DNA of 64,000 nucleotides from Balamuthia mandrillaris. Its lineage: Eukaryota. The notes under the pieces are model-generated. The model saw only the letters and a list, made by a program, of their open reading frames with translations. It searched no databases and was not told where the DNA came from. Location of the stretch: the NCBI GenBank assembly GCA_031835245.2, contig JAVKOQ020000061.1, forward strand, positions 124,001-188,000. Reading direction: 5' to 3'. The translations under genes were made by a program, and so were the position numbers. Below, piece after piece: positions 1 through 15,350 of the stretch; position 1 is the stretch's first letter; each line of letters opens with the position of its first letter.

Positions 1-54
1 TACAAGGAGAGAGAGAGAGAGAGAGAGAAAGGGAGAGAGAATGAAAAAAGGTAC

Positions 55-493
55 TTTTCAATGACTATAGCAAAAGATGGTCTCTTGCTGGGATCTTTCC
101 GCCAACAGGCATTCATCAGCTTGGCGAGACGAGGCAGCAGATCGTCTGTTATTTCCGGCCGTTCGTTCTTGTCGCAGATGGCATGGATGAGAGCCGGAAG
201 ACAGTCGGAGAAACGCGGATAGACGTGCGTTTGATACACCATCTCCCATAACGTCAATCCAAAGCTTTTTGTTTTCGTGTTTGTTTATATGAGAAGATAA
301 AAAGGGGAAAAAAGAGAAGCAAAACGAGAATGTACCTATATACATCACACTTTTCATCAAAACAGCCGGTAAAGACCTCTGGAGCCATGTATAACGGCGA
401 TCCTTGTGCTCCATGTAATACTTTCTCAGCTGGTCTTACCTTTGTAAGTCTGCATATTTTGTTTTCTAACATGTGAGTAATGATAAGGAAAAT

Positions 494-539
<46 letters not shown>

Positions 540-1930
540 AGAAGAGAGAAGAGAGAAGAGAGAGAAGAGAGAGAAGAGAGAGAAGAGAGAGAAGAGAGAG
601 AAAAAGCTAGAGAAAGAGAGAGTGAGTAGGAGACAGAGCGAGGAGAGACCCAAAATCGCAAACTTTCACCCGGTTATCTTTAGTGACCTGAAAGAAAAGC
701 ATTAAACGAGAGAGAGAGAGAGAGAGAGAGAGAAGAGAGAAAAACAAACAAAGAAACGAAGAGGAGATACAAACCAGAAGATTGGAAAGTTTCAAGTCAC
801 GATGAATGAATTGTGGCTTAGAGGAATGGAGCCAGTTCATTCCCAAAGCTGCGTCCTTGGCCATTCTCATCTTTTGAATGAGAGGAATATCGGCCTTGTC
901 TGGGTCGAAGAAGAAGATCCCATTTTTGTCAATGTGAAGCGAAAAATGAATAGCTAACAATATCATAAACGTACTTCCTATCAAGAGAGTCTCCAAGTCC
1001 ATTGGTAAAATTTCTGTCACGATACTTTATAAAGGTGAGCATGGAAAACGTGAGGTTAGAGGAAGAGAAGAAGAAAAAAGGAGAAGATGATGATGATTGA
1101 AGAACGAAGAACAAGAACAAACAACGAAGAACGAAGAACGAAGAACGAAGAACAAGCACAAGCACAAGCACAAGCACAAGCACAAGCACAAGCACAAGCA
1201 CAAGCACAAGCACAAGCAAGCACAAGCACAAGCACAAGCACAAGCACAAGCACAAGCACAAGCACAATAATCGGTGAAAGTTGAGGTTCAAGAATGAAAC
1301 AACCACCACAACAAGAAGGAAGAACTGAAGTAACGACAAGAACACGATAACAAAAGTAAAAAATACCTCATGCTTCCAGGTATAGTACAAGCGCCCATAA
1401 ACAGCACTTGGGGCCATTCAAGAAAAACAACGTGAGAAAAAAGAGTATCAAAAAACACAACAGAAAAAAAAAAGACAACATACCAACATTCGGGTGGTAT
1501 AACTTGCTGTTTGTATGTGAGAAAGAACGAGAGAAGAGAGAGAGCAGAGAGCAGAGAGCAGAGAGCAGAGAGAGAGAAGAGCAGAAGAGAAACGAGAGAG
1601 AACGAGAACAATAGAAGAGAAACAAATGAGTTATATGGTAAGGAAAGAATAGGAAAGGCATTTAAACAAAAAAAACCTCATAATTCTGACTTCAGCACGG
1701 AACGAGTCCAAGTCCTCCTCGCTGAGCGTCTGTCGGTGCAACACTTTGACGGCAACAGGCTGGCCTCTGCATTTGCCTCTGTACACTTTGGCGAACGCTC
1801 CCTCGCCGATCTCTTCCTCCAACCGGATTTCCTCGGGAGAGATCTCCGGGAGGTCTTCCTCCGAGTCCAACAGCTTTGGCGAGGGGGTGGTGGCGGGTGC
1901 CTTCTCCTTTCCTTTCTCTTTCTTCTCCAT
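55..1930 (-). CDS. Tyrosine-kinase-like (TKL) protein kinase, multi-exon; 3' end runs off the left edge
   Basis: Spliced exons give GEGAFAKVYRG, VAVK, HPNVVLFMGAC, IHRDLKLSNLL, KVCDFG, GSPLYMAPE, DVYSFG, CWRKDPSKRPSF. A GT donor at 54 opens an intron that leaves the window. Confidence 0.93.
1153..1266. repeat. (GCACAA)n hexamer microsatellite inside a kinase intron
   Basis: Directly visible tandem repeat, preceded by GAAGAAC/ACGAAGA repeats. Confidence 0.95.
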
Positions 1931-2151
1931 CCGTTTTGTTTTCTTTGTTTTTCTAAGTTTTGTTTATTTATTTTTGTTTTATTTTTTGTATCACATATTA
2001 ATATGTAATGTTGTTGAATTATTAATCGAGCGCTTGTGAATGGAAGGAGCTAGTGAGGTGCCTTCCCTTCATGCATTTCCGAGACACCTTCAATGACGAG
2101 AGGGAACCCACCCTTTTCGCGAATACTCCCTAGCAACCCACCGAGGCGTTG

Positions 2152-2561
2152 TCATGACATTGGTTCTGTATCCAGACAACAACAGACCATCGGTTCTCTC
2201 TCCTCCACCTCTTCCTCCTCTCTCTCTCTCTCTCTCTTTCGCTCTCTCTCGCTCTCTCTCTCTCTCTCTTTGCAGTACACCCAGCAACGTTTTATTACTT
2301 GGGGCGAGAAAAGTTGGCTGAAGCCTCCAAGAACTCTCCCTCCAAAGAGGCCAGCTGCTTCATCTCTCCCTGCAGCTCCTTGTCGCGCTCCTGCAGCGTC
2401 ACTTTGTTGGGCTCCGCCTGGAAGAGCTCGGCCAGCTCCACGTCCGTCATTGATGTCACCTTGCCTTGTACTGCTCCCCACAGTCCGTTTTGACTGTGTA
2501 ATGCATTACAAAAAAGCCAACGACGATTAACGAATGAAGTGTGCAGAATGACGAACAAGAT

Positions 2562-2601
<40 letters not shown>

Positions 2602-5180
2602 AGAGAGCAGAGAGCAGAGAGCAGAGAGCAGAGAGGAGGGGAGAGGGGAGAGGAGAGAGCAGAGAGCAGAGAGCAGAGAGAGAACAATTGATGGAGAGTA
2701 ATGAAGACAGAAAGGAAGAAGACGTACATGGGCATGAAGAAAAAGTTGTGGAATTTGAGGAGTACATTTTGCACGATCCTAGCGCGAATGTCTTTAAACA
2801 AAACGCGAGACAGCGCCACAACCTCATCTTTCTTCTCCATAATGTTCATTTCATAATGTTTCTCCGGGAACTTGTGTCCATTGAAGCTGTTGTCGTTTTG
2901 TTCAGTTAAACCCAAAGACACTAGTAGTAAACAAGAAAAAGGGAAGCCGCTTACTTCATCATGTCCCAATATATGATGCGAGTGCAGTAGAACTCGTCCT
3001 TGCACTTATCCACACAATCCGCCACGACCTCGTCCACAAACTTGAAAAAGTGCTCCTTGACTGTCTGGATAAAGTAGGGATACTCATAAATGGCCGAGGC
3101 GGGGTTCTCCTGTCCCACGGTGACCTTTCTTCTTGGGATGCCGCTGCGTTCATCAAACGAGGAAGCCGGAGGCAGGGCCGATCTCTTCCCTTGCGAGATG
3201 AGCATGTAATCCACAATATCCAAACTCCTCTTCATGATGTAGATGGCCTTCTCATGGAGCTGTCGAATGAGGGGCAGCAGCGCCTTCATGGACTTCCTCT
3301 GAGCAATGTCGGAGGCAGCCCAGGCAAAGTTGGAGATGGTTGCCACTTTGGTGGGGCCGCCGGCGCAAGCAACCTCGTCCAGTGTCACCATCCCCATGTC
3401 GCAGTGGTGGCAGACGGCGCGAAACTGGGAAAGGAGGCGCTCAAATTGTTGCTTGCCGTAGAGCTTGTTCTCAGTGTAGGGGATGTTCCAATCGGGCTCC
3501 AACTCGATTGTCCTTGCCATTTGGTCCATCCAAGGTCCTGACTCTGTGAGGTAAGGAAGATTGAAGGAAGATAAAAGAAAGTATGGTCAAAAAATAGAAA
3601 AGTTAAGAAAGGTTCTTGTTTCTCTTGTTCTTCTTCTTCTTCCTCTTCTTCTTCGTCTTTCATTCTGTTTGGGTTTCTTAGATGAGTAGAAAGAGAAAGT
3701 TACCCTCAAGACTGAGTTCATCGTCCAAGGTTTGTCCATTCTGTTGCGGAATCCCTTCCAGAGTTCCTTTGAGCAGCTTTTCGAGGTTCTGCAAAAAGGC
3801 CACCACATAATTGCTTGCTCTGGCCCTGAGCTTATATGGCTCCAAGTTGGCTTGGCGTTCGCGGTTAGCCATCACAGCCTCCTGCGCCTCTCTCTTTCTC
3901 GTGTTGATGTTCTCGAGAACCTCTGGGAAGCGTTCTTGGTATTGCTTCCAGACTAGGTTGACAAGATACTCCCTAAATGCGTGAATGCCTACCATGGCTT
4001 GGTATCTAATATGAAAGCATTGAGACGACATAAAAAGAGTCTTGTTAAGGAAGGAGCTATCATCGAAGAGGAAGGAGAGATGAGTACCGTTTGTTATACT
4101 GAAGAGACTCCATGAGGTTAAGATCCTCCTTGATTGCATCTGCAAGGATCTTCTGATAGGACTCCGCCTTGCTGAAGCGGCTATGGCTGTGCCCGGTGGA
4201 GGTCAAAGACGTCAAGAAGCACTTGCCTTGTTCGTAGGGCAAGAGGCCTAAAAACTTGTTGACAGCCTCGGTGGTGGTCAACGTCTTCAAGTATTCCTGC
4301 CACTTGGTGCGCACAAAGATGGTCCTCTCAAAGCGGGGATCCACCTTGCTGAGCAGCTCCTCCATTTCGTTATGCTCCCCAGCGTGCTCCACGCAGATGA
4401 GGAAACGGTCCTGCTGCTTGATGAGATCCATTATGGCCTGCTCAATCTCGTCCAGTTTGGCATCTCTACTGCTGCTTCGTTTGCCAACACCGGAGCCAGC
4501 TGTTCCTGTGGAGAGGCTGCTTCCAGGAGCACCAGCACCAGCAGAAGAAGAAGAGGCAGGGCTAGTTATGCTACTTCCAGCAGGGCTGCTCCCTGCAGAG
4601 CTGGTGCTGTTGGAGACAACGGGAGGAGGCATGGAGGCTCGTCTGTCGGAAGGCCCGCCTGCAGGAGAGGAAGCTCCTCCTTTAGGAGTGGATGGTTCTT
4701 TGCTGAACTTGTCTGTTGAAATGGTGTTACTGCGTGAGGAAAGAGGTACTCCCGAAGAAGTAGATGGAGAAGAAGAAGAGGAAGTGCCTGAGAAAGATAA
4801 ACCTCCTTCAAAAGATTTCCCGCTAGCAGGTGTTGGTGCACCTTCTCCCTCTTCGGAAGATGTCTCTGGAACGACTGGCTTGGGAGGTTTCATCGGCGGA
4901 GTGTCGATGAGAGTAAGGTTCATCGTCATTTTGTGCTCATAATGTACTACAATAGGAACAGGCGAGGGGACGTTTCGTTTTTGAAGCTCCGCCCCGAGGT
5001 TCTCCACCGCCACCTCAAAGTCACGCTCATACTCGCCTCCCTTACCCGAGAGAACGGGGTCTCTCTTAATGGTCACCCTAGGAGTGTCTGTGATGTCAAC
5101 GTTGTTTACCAGGTTTAAGTAGAGTGGTCTTTTTGTTGGTTTGTCTTTTTTTTTTTTGGTTATTCGTTTGCAAAATAACG

Positions 5181-5211
<31 letters not shown>

Positions 5212-5231
5212 GTGGGAGAGAGCGCGTCCGC

Positions 5232-5279
<48 letters not shown>

Positions 5280-5734
5280 CGCGCGCGGAAATGGGAAAGA
5301 AGAGCGAGGGAGAAAAGCAAACGAGGAAGAGAGAGCGAGAACAGAAAGTGAGAGCGGAAAGTTGAAAAGGGAGGAACGAACTTCGTGTAATGGAGTGGCC
5401 CAAAAAGGCTTCTACCAATGTGGTTTTGCCGTGGCCACTTTGTCCTATGAATACAAATTCTGGCGGTTCTACATACGTGTTTGATCTAACGACTACGTGA
5501 GTTTGCTTGCTTTAAACAAAAAACCAAGACCGCCATGCAAACAACAACTTACTTCCTTGCCAGTTGAAGTATCTTGTGATACGTCTCGAAGAAATCTGGC
5601 TTGAACTCAGCATAAGCCCTGCACCAAGGTGGAAACCACAAAAAAACAGACAAAAAACCGACGATCAACAGAGAGGCAACATAGAAGATACACGCAATCG
5701 AGGCGGTAACGTACGTCCTATGCGAGCCTTCCAT
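2152..5734 (-). CDS. Dynamin-related protein, Dlp/DRP5 (cytokinesis/ARC5-like) group, multi-exon
   Basis: PEFVFIGQSGHGKTTLVEAFLG (G1), PTKRPLYLNL (G2), LTLIDTPP (G3-like), VDPRFERTIFVRTK (G4-like), NKLYGKQQFERLLSQF, AWAASDIAQRKS...YIMKR, and a C-terminal coiled coil. Confidence 0.85.
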
Positions 5735-6728
5735 AATCTTCGTCTATTATTTACGAGGGAGGTGAGTCGGCCGCCTTCGTCACACCAGTCCCTTCCTCTT
5801 GAAATTGTTTTGGTTTTTTTTTTTGCTGAAAAAGGCAAACCTGGGCAGATAGAACTCCGAAAGGGTGTCCACCAATTGCGTATTTGTGCTGACATCATCC
5901 AGTAATGGCTTACGCAAAGAGGCCCAATTACTTTTACCGGAGAAGCCAACAACGCCAAAACGGAACAACGTAACGCAGGGAGCGCCAGCACACGGTGTCT
6001 TGTGCGGCTGGTTTTACGGGTGGTCCCGCCAAGCTTCTTCCTTTCTCCTTTCTCTTTTGTTTTGATTGATTTTTGATTTTTGATTTGCGGAAACAAAATA
6101 GCGCTGATGTCATCATTTCTCTTTTTAAGTTATTACTTCATTGTATGATTTTCTATTGGACGCACTATAATGCAAATACAAAAAAAGAAGCGACGAAGAA
6201 GAAAAACCTTTTACAAAAAAAAAAGAGTTTATTTGCGTTAGCCTTTTTTGTTGGCGCACTGTGGGGGGGCTCCCTTACTTGCAAGCAACAGCAGGATAAT
6301 GTGCATTTGCAGGAAGAAGATGAAGGCGTGGAGGGGGGTAGGGAGAAGACACAATAGCACAAAGTTGAAGAACAGTAATAATGTGAACAACAACGCGGTG
6401 GCTTTGTCTTTCCCTAACTCCCACGAGAAGAAGAGGAGAAACGAAAAGAAGAGAAGCTAAACATAAGGTTATTTAAAAAACAAGAAGCAAGAAGGAAGTA
6501 GAAGTTGGAGGCGTCGTTGTCGTGAGTAGTAGAGCCAGTGGGAAACAAAAAAAACTAAACAAACAAAAGCAAGCGCAAACTTAGAAAGAAAAAATGAAAG
6601 CGGAAAAGAAGAAAGAAGAGCAGAGTGAAGTCTTGAAAGAGAAGTTGTTTGTGTGAGAGTCCACATTTCGAATAAGGGGAAGATGATGACAACGAGTCAA
6701 AGAAGAACTTGTGTGTGCGTTTCCTGGT

Positions 6729-7187
6729 TCAATACAATATACAACAGCCACCGGAAGAGTTGGCGGGTTTTGGTTTGTTTCCGTCGTCCGAAGAATCTCT
6801 GTCCCTGAACTCTACTTCTTCCTATAAAGTTGTGATGAGAAGAAAATTAAATACGAGGAATCAAATCAAAATTTGACAAGAAAGAAAAGTCAAAATAATA
6901 ATCCGAGTCGTTGATGAGGGGAACACAAAAAAAGGGGAAGGGGGCGCGGAGGTTGCGGCGAAACGTACCACTTCCTGAAGTTGATCATAGTTGGAGAGGG
7001 GTGTGTTTGGCTCTAGCCACATTTTCTCTTGTGGGATGTAAAGCCCAACGTTGCCTTGGATGGCCACGTTGAGGGTTTCTGAAATAAATTGGATGGCTTC
7101 GTTCGTTGTTAACTTTGCATCGATTCGCAACGTTTTGTAGATGAGAGGGTAGGTTGGAGGAAACTTGATTCGCATAACCAAAGCCAT
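6729..7187 (-). CDS. Small (~103 aa) ubiquitin-like / talin-F0-like protein with a C-terminal CCILY tail, 2 exons
   Basis: Exon 1 (7187-6969) MALVMRIKFP...KTLRID...GLYIPQEKMWLEPNTPLSNY; intron 6968-6822 (GTACGT..TAG); exon 2 EEVEFRDRDSSDDGNKPKPANSSGGCCILY*. Confidence 0.7.
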
Positions 7188-7601
7188 TTTTTGTTTGCTT
7201 TCGAAATAACAAAAAAAGGGGGAATAAGTGATGAGAGAATAAGAAATGAAAAACCATTAAAATAAACCAGAGACAATAAGCAGAGCAGAGGGAGAGAAGA
7301 AGATAAAAGAACGGAGATGAGGAAGAAAAGTCGAGTTTTTTTAACGTACTGTGTTGATTTGTTTCACCAGAAAAAAAGGTTCTCTTTATCTGTTCCTCCC
7401 GCTCCAGAAAGAAAGAAAAAATAACGTTCGTTGATTTAAAAAAAAAACCACAAAAAAAGGGATCCTCTTCCCTCCGATCGAGTAGTCTTTTTTTTTTGCT
7501 GCGGGGAAGAAGAAATCAAAGTAGCAAGGGGGGATCGGGCCTCGTTTCTCTTTTGTGCTACTTTTTTTTTGCCGCTGCAAAACAAACAAAAAAAAAGACC
7601 T

Positions 7602-8340
7602 TTACTCTCTGCAGGCTTTTTTTTTTTGAAACGAGAAAAAACGGAGGAGGTCTATTTTAGGGACCAAACAACAATTTTTTTTTGAATGGACGGTTGGAAA
7701 TGGAGGGTGGTAATGTATGGACCCAACTATGTCCAACGGGAAGTAGGAACCCGCCGTTGGACAGTTCTCAAAGTGGATTTGATTCCAGAAGTCCGGCGCA
7801 AAAAGGAAAGAAACTCCGTTGCTGTATTTTTTGGCGGTTAACTGTTTTGAGAATGAGGAGTCCCGAGGAAGAAGGAGCGACCAGGAGGAAGAGGAAGCAA
7901 AACGTGTTCCGGGGCTTTGGCGAGAGAGATGTAACGGTTCGCGAACACACGGGGAGGTATCAAAACAAACTACGTGAGAAAAAACAAAGCGTAACGAGCT
8001 GAAGTGTTTGATAAGATGGGAGTGGTAATACCTAGACCCGGAATATCTCTCAGCTCGGGTTTTCCGTCGTCCGGAACAAGTTCCCAAGGAGGAAGGTCAG
8101 CTTTGGAACGTTCGTAAAGTTCTCCCAACACCTGCTTCTGTTCTTCCGTGCGACACACGGTCGAAAACCCTAAAAGCATCATCAGCACACGACGACATGA
8201 ACAAGAGTGAGAACTCCCTCAGCAAAGTACATCCTCTCCGCACTCGTGCCCATTGTGAACATACCACTGACAAACTCTGCTTTAGTGTCACAGTATTTCG
8301 TGCCGTGCAGCACCTTCTCGACCAATTCCTCCGCTTGCAT
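7602..8340 (-). CDS. Hypothetical spliced protein; 3' end uncertain (stop at ~7970 or 7602)
   Basis: MQAEELVEKVLHG...EFVS joins in frame through a GTATGT..TTTAG intron to GFSTVCRTEEQKQVLGELYERSK...DIPGL, then a GTATTA donor. No recognised family. Confidence 0.4.
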
Positions 8341-8739
8341 CCTGCTGTCTTGTCCTGCGTTCAGAGAATATATCATGTCGACATGGATTAATCGAGTGAA
8401 GCCACGTCATCCTTCCATTTAACGGTATCAACACACGTCACTATTTAAATTCCTTGCCCAGGATTGGCCAATTTTCGTTTAATTAACTTGTCTGCGTCCC
8501 TCCAATTAATTTGCTACCAAAAACCCGCGCCCACCACAACTCTCTCTCTGTCCAACCGACCGACAGCAAAGAAGAAAAAAAGGAAAATCCCTCCAAGAAA
8601 AAAAAGTCTAGTATATAAAAAGAAAGAGAGGGGGAGATTTGATGCGCATAGACACACCACCAGAAGAAACGTAGCGCAGCGCACGCCGTGAAGTGTTCAC
8701 TTTATTATTTTTTTTTCAACATATTTTATATTTGGAGAG

Positions 8740-10717
8740 ATGGGAGAAGCGCTGTTGGTGGAGTTGCAGAGGAGGAGAAGGAAGCCCCTCTTCCATCCGG
8801 ACCACCCTGGCCCGTTTTTCTTGAAGCATCTCGCCTCCCACAGCGCCTTCTCCGTGCCACCAAAGCTCGCCGCCAAGCTCGAGCGGGAGAGGCAACGCTA
8901 CGGCCCTCATTTCCCCCCTCCCACTACTTCCCAGCCGCTGCACGATCCGGAGGACCAAGTGATTGACCTCTCCGACCTGATCGCACGTTTTTCCACGTTC
9001 AAGCCGCCCACCCCTCCTTCCCTGGACAATATTCCGCGGTTGGCTCCCCTTCTTTCTTCATCCCCAGCTGCCCTTTCCTCCCCATCTTCATCTTCGACCA
9101 CTACGCCAAAGAATGTCAGAACGGTTCGTCCTTCGTTCATCCCGCTTTCTCCTGCCTCCTTCTTGGCCAACGTCCCGGCTTCACCATCCGCTGCTACGTT
9201 TCTGCCCTCATCAAAAGTGAAGGTGGAGAAGAGCTCACCCACTGCCTCCTTCTCTGCTCTGCATCTGTCGAGCCTACAACCTTCCTCTGCGGCCACTACA
9301 ACTACAACACGAGCCATTCCTCTTCGTTTACCTCTGCCTCCCTTGCCTGTTAAACAGTAAGTGCCTCGCTCTGTCTCTTTTTTCTCTTTACTCTTTTTCT
9401 ATGTTGGCGATTCTATGTTCTTTTCCCTTCCATCTTCTCTGCTCTCTCTTCTCTCCTCTTTTCTCTCGTTCTTTCTTCTCCTTCTTTCTCCTCACTTCTA
9501 TCTTCTCTTTGCATTCTCATTTTTTATTGTTCGTACAGTATCGCGAGACGCACAACAACATCAACTGGACAAAAACGACAGCGAGAGACTACGAATAACT
9601 CGACGGAAACAGGAACTTCCAACGGACAAGAATCCTTCGAGCAAACAACTGAACCATCACCCAAAAAGAAACAGAAAGAACGTCACGACAAACTAAAACA
9701 AACAACCTCCAACAAAACACAAGCGACATCGTCGAGGATGGTGTCTCTCAAAGAGGAGGCAAAAAAGAAGAGTTCTAAACAGAAACAGCAACTACCGCAC
9801 GAAGAGGAAGATTCTGACGATTCTTCTCTGGACAAACCCGATACAGAGGGAGCGGAAGACAAGAGAAGAAAGCGGAGACGAAGGCTGGCATCCCAAATAG
9901 AAAGAAAGTTTCCTTGCCAATTTGCCCGATGTAACAAGGCCTATGGGTTCGTTCAAACATTCTTCCTTTCCCCCCCTGCCTCATTCTTTATTCTTCTGTA
10001 AGTGTTACAAGATAGCTAACTCTTTATCTTTTCGCTCATTCCAGCACACAAGGCGCGTTGGATCAACACGTCCGAAAGAAACATCCAAATATGAGCTCGT
10101 TGAGAGGACCCTTCCAGGTTCCTCTCCCTCCTTCCCTTCCTCTATCTGCCCTATCCTTGCTTGCTCCCAATATGCAAGCAAACACAACCGCTCCATTACT
10201 GGCTCCCAGACCTTCTACTGTATCTCTCTCCCTTCTTCAACAAAACTTGACTGCACTATTTCTTCAAGGCCTTACTGCAACTTCATCTTCCTCTTCTTCC
10301 TCTCTTTCTCCGTCCTCTCTTCCATCGTCTTCCTCTTCCCCTTCCACATCAACCGATGCATCCACTTCAAGTCCAACTCTTTCGACTATCTCCTCTGCCT
10401 CTTCTCCTTCTCCTTCTTCCTCTTCCTTATCCTCTTCTGATTCTTTTTCTTCGTCTTTGTTGCCTCCTTCAACTATCTCTTCCTCCTCTGCTCCAAGCAC
10501 TTCCCCCACTCCCACCGCTTCCTCTCCGCTGAACTCTTCCTCCTACTCCGCTTCTTCCACCACTGTAAACTCTCCACAAACGGAGCAAACTGCCCTCACC
10601 GACGCCGCTCTCCTCCAACCAAAGGACCCGCCACCAAGAAGCGCCGCAACAAAGAAGCTCCCTATTCCTTGCAAACAATCTTCTCTTGGCCCTGCTGCCG
10701 TCCCGCCAGAGAAGTAG
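8740..10717 (+). CDS. Ser/Pro-rich protein with one C2H2 zinc finger (putative transcription factor), 3 exons
   Basis: Basic KRRKRRRR stretch, then FPCQFARCNKAYG|TQGALDQHVRKKHP across an intron; in-frame GTAAGT..CAG and GTTCGT..CAG introns. Confidence 0.75.
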
Positions 10718-10931
10718 GAGCCAACCAAACAGAGAATTGATTGCCTATAACGATATCAATCGAAATTTTGCAAACGTCATCGATATTTTTGTTTTCGGTT
10801 AATAATAATCCATATTTATCGTCATGGACACGAGCGAGGACACGAGATTCTCCACAAAAATTAAAACCAAAAAAATAAAAGAAAGTAGCAGAATAAAATT
10901 ACAAGAGAGAGAGACAAAAAAGAAAGAAAAA

Positions 10932-11345
10932 ATGGAAGACCAAGACAACTGGCGAGAGGCCTTTCGTCTGTTCGACACGGACGGGGACGGCAGGATCAGC
11001 TCCACCGAGCTGGGCGAGCTGATGAAGAGCTTGGACCAGAACCCCACCGGCGCGGACATACGCGAGATCATGAAGGAGCAGGGCTCGGACAAAATCTCCT
11101 GCGAGGAGTTCATAGGCGTCATGGAGAGGAGGATCCGCGCGGCGGACGAGGCGCTGGTGGCCGCCTTCAGCGTGTTCGAGAGGGGAGACGAGGGCTACGT
11201 CTCGGCCGCCGAGCTGAGGCACCTTCTCTCCACGTTGGGGGACCCCATGAGCCAGGAGGAGATCGAGGAGATGTTCAGCTGCGCCGAGGTGGACAGCGAC
11301 GGTCAATTCAACTACAAGGAGTTCATCAAGTTGCACATGACGTAA
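10932..11345 (+). CDS. Calmodulin-like / myosin light chain EF-hand protein, intronless
   Basis: EAFRLFDTDGDGRISSTELGELMKSLDQNPT, AFSVFERGDEGYVSAAELRHLLSTLGDPMSQEEIEEM, DSDGQFNYKEF. ATG follows an A-rich leader. Confidence 0.9.
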   Translation: MEDQDNWREAFRLFDTDGDGRISSTELGELMKSLDQNPTGADIREIMKEQGSDKISCEEFIGVMERRIRAADEALVAAFSVFERGDEGYVSAAELRHLLSTLGDPMSQEEIEEMFSCAEVDSDGQFNYKEFIKLHMT

Positions 11346-11760
11346 AAAAAGAAAGGCGTTTCAGTTCAGCTGAAGAAAGAAAGATCTCATCAACAGAGAA
11401 CAGAGCAGAGAGAACAACCAGAGACAAAAAAAAACATATTTTTTTTTGTGTTTCATTTATTTTTTTTATTACCAGATTTTGTATTTAAATTTATCGATCG
11501 ATTTATTGTAATATCGAAAGTTATCTCGGATTGTCGGCCGACATGGATAATAATTCATGGTATGGAAATTCCGAGCGATGTCCGCAGAAAAGTAACCCAG
11601 AGAGAGAAGACGAGTTGTTGCGTGTGAGGCAACAGAACGAAACGACAGAGAGAGACAAAAGAGCTTCACTTTTGACAACAAAGACCTTCACTCTGTCCTA
11701 CGAAAAAAGTAGCAACGCACCCACACGCTCACTCACGCACGCACGCACATCGAAAAAAAA

Positions 11761-15018
<3,258 letters not shown>

Positions 15019-15074
15019 AGCAACAAGCAGTTGGTATCGTTCGCGGTGAGTTCTCTTTTCCGTTGGCATACCAA

Positions 15075-15212
15075 GGAGAGAGGAGAGAGGAGAGAGAGGA
15101 GAGAGAGCAGAGAGAGCAGAGAGGAGAGAGAGGAGAGAGTGGAGAGAGTGGAGAGAGAGGAGAGAGTGGAGAGAGTGGAGAGAGGAGAGTGGAGAGAGGA
15201 GAGAGGAGAGAG
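15075..15212. repeat. Compound purine-rich repeat (GGAGAGAGA / GGAGAGAGT units)
   Basis: Visible tandem repeat between the AK-HSDH stop and the Mic60 start. Confidence 0.9.
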
Positions 15213-15350
15213 CAAGAAAAAAGAAAAGCAGTGCAAACGGGGATCGAACTCGGGGCGTCAGACACCCAAACCAATTTTGTGGGAAGCAAAAGCAAAAAAA
15301 AAAAAGGGAAGAGGAAGAAGGCCCAACGACAGAGAAAAGAAATACTGAAG

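Noticed and set aside
929..1417. Poly-CL/LV/QA/CA ORFs
   Set aside because: Translations of the (GCACAA)n repeat in a kinase intron.
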